Shown here piece by piece: positions 62,478 through 64,000 of a DNA stretch of 64,000 bases. The position numbers and the translations under genes are program-made. The stretch is from Microthrixaceae bacterium. Lineage in GTDB: Bacteria; Actinomycetota; Acidimicrobiia; Acidimicrobiales; Acidimicrobilacustridaceae. The first letter of the stretch is position 1, and each line of letters starts with the position of its first letter. The stretch covers positions 7,459 through 71,458 of the forward strand of contig CANFHM010000007.1 of assembly GCA_947446975.1 (NCBI GenBank), read 5' to 3'. Below the pieces are notes generated by a model. That model had not been told where the DNA came from. It saw nothing but the letters and a program-made list of their open reading frames with translations, and searched no databases.

Positions 62478-63329
62478 GTGACCCAGGCCGCAGTCGACGC
62501 ACTCCTGAACCTCCTCGATCTCGAGGAGATCGAACTCAACATCTTCCGGGGCAGCAGCCCCCATGCCGATCGCCAGCGGGTGTTCGGTGGCCAGGTGGCC
62601 GGGCAGGCGCTCGTGGCCGCCGCTCGCACCGTGGAGGCCGAGACCCGCGTGCATTCGCTGCACGCCTACTTCCTGCGTCCCGGCGATGCCCGCATCCCCA
62701 TCCTCTACGACGTGCAGCGCATCCGCGACGGCCTGTCGTTCACCACCCGACGGGTCACCGCCATCCAGAACGGTCGGGCCATCTTCAGCCTCTCGGCCTC
62801 GTTCCAGGTGCCCGAGGACGGCTTCGACCATTCGGCCACCATCCCCGATGTCCCGGCACCCGAAGGGCTGCCCGACATCAAGGAGCGCTGGGCCGAGGTC
62901 GCCGCCGAGCACGGCGACCACCGCTTCGAACTGGATCTCCCCTTCGATCTGCGCAACTGCGACTGGGGGCCGTCCGATCGCGAGCGTGGACTCCCGCCCT
63001 ACCAGCGGATCTGGCTCAAGGCCACCGGCACCCTGCCCGACGATCCCGTGCTGCACGCGTGCGCGCTCACCTACGCCTCGGACATGACCCTGCTCGACAC
63101 GGCACTGCTGCCGCATGGACTCGGCCCCGTCGACAACGTGTTCATGGCCAGCCTCGACCACGCCATGTGGTTCCATCGCCCCTTCCGTGCCGATGAGTGG
63201 CTGCTCTACGCGCAGGACACGCCATCGGCCTCCGGCGGACGCGGCTTCGCCCGCGGCGAGGTCTTCACCGCGGACGGCAAGCTGGCCGTCACCGTGGTGC
63301 AGGAGGGCCTGATCCGACCACCCCGCTGA
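62478..63329 (+). CDS. tesB: Acyl-CoA thioesterase II
   Basis: VFGGQVAGQAL, HSLHAYFLRPG, YASD, SLDHAMWFH, VVQEGLIR. Confidence 0.93.
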   Translation: MTQAAVDALLNLLDLEEIELNIFRGSSPHADRQRVFGGQVAGQALVAAARTVEAETRVHSLHAYFLRPGDARIPILYDVQRIRDGLSFTTRRVTAIQNGRAIFSLSASFQVPEDGFDHSATIPDVPAPEGLPDIKERWAEVAAEHGDHRFELDLPFDLRNCDWGPSDRERGLPPYQRIWLKATGTLPDDPVLHACALTYASDMTLLDTALLPHGLGPVDNVFMASLDHAMWFHRPFRADEWLLYAQDTPSASGGRGFARGEVFTADGKLAVTVVQEGLIRPPR

Positions 63330-63344
63330 TCAGGTAGCTGCTGA

Positions 63345-64000
63345 TCAGAACCAGGCGGGCAGGAGCTGGCTGAGGGTCTCCGAGGCGAGCACGGCGAACA
63401 CCAGCAGCGGCGGCACGGTGAGCAGATAGGCCACCCGTGCGCTGGAGCGGCGGTACAGCAGCACCGCGCCGACGATCGCAGCACCGAGGCACAGGGCCGC
63501 GAGCAGCGCCATGGGCCAGCGGGAGGTGTCGCTGGAGGTCCCGGTCTGGCTCGCCGTGCGACCGTTCTGCGGGGTCGGCGGATACGGCTTGCCCTGGAGC
63601 GTGGCGATGACCACCCGGGCCTGCGCCGAGTTGAACGGGAAGGCGCTGTCGGAGGTGACAAGCGTGAGCCGGTCATCGCTCGACGGACCATAGAGCGTGT
63701 CGATCGGGACACTGTCGGACCCGAGCAGCTCGCCCGCGGCGGATGATGCCGCAGATGCCGCCGAGGACACCGCGGAGGCCGATGCACCTCCGCCGCTCTT
63801 CGGCGTGGTGAGACGCACGGAGCCCGCCTCGGTGACCTTGTAGACCACCTGTCCCTGGGTGGTGGTGACGGCGATGAGGTCGTCGGTGGCGAGCGTGCCG
63901 AGATCGGCGAAGGGAGCACCGAAGAGCGTCGAGCGCCCGACGATCACGCTGTTGCCGGGCTGACCGGGTGCCGCAGTGCCGGGCACATGGCCGGGACCGT
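63345..64000 (-). CDS. Sortase-like protein (5' end outside window), catalytic residues substituted
   Basis: GPGHVPGTAAPGQPGNSVIVGR..FGAPF..LTLVTS; two C-terminal TM segments. Confidence 0.75.
   Translation of the reverse strand, partial: GPGHVPGTAAPGQPGNSVIVGRSTLFGAPFADLGTLATDDLIAVTTTQGQVVYKVTEAGSVRLTTPKSGGGASASAVSSAASAASSAAGELLGSDSVPIDTLYGPSSDDRLTLVTSDSAFPFNSAQARVVIATLQGKPYPPTPQNGRTASQTGTSSDTSRWPMALLAALCLGAAIVGAVLLYRRSSARVAYLLTVPPLLVFAVLASETLSQLLPAWF

Overview
High-GC actinobacterial DNA; gene content suggests class Acidimicrobiia (inference, not tested by search). The first ~34 kb is one respiratory island, almost all on the minus strand. In transcription order it holds: an unknown 3-TM protein, a 2x[4Fe-4S] ferredoxin, a split b6f-type cytochrome b (cyt b6 with the heme-ci Cys, plus subunit IV), a Rieske protein, a diheme cyt c, an unknown membrane protein, a full 14-subunit nuoA-N operon, a second 11-subunit nuo operon without nuoEFG, and a MidA/NDUFAF7-like methyltransferase that is missing from the ORF track. 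A Rex/CRP-type operator sits at the head of the island. A divergent membrane cyt c shares an N-terminal peptide motif with subunit IV. The rest holds heme genes (hemL, hemB, hemD, hemE, hemH, hemY), a WhiB regulator, photolyase, ppa, CDF and ABC transporters, a DtxR regulator, a HelD-like helicase, NlpC/P60, a four-gene cluster resembling mycobacterial methylmannose-polysaccharide genes, a GH1 enzyme and tesB. Four proteins have substituted catalytic or metal ligands (GDH-like, PCuAC-like, Lnt, sortase-like). No rRNA, tRNA, CRISPR array or mobile element was seen.
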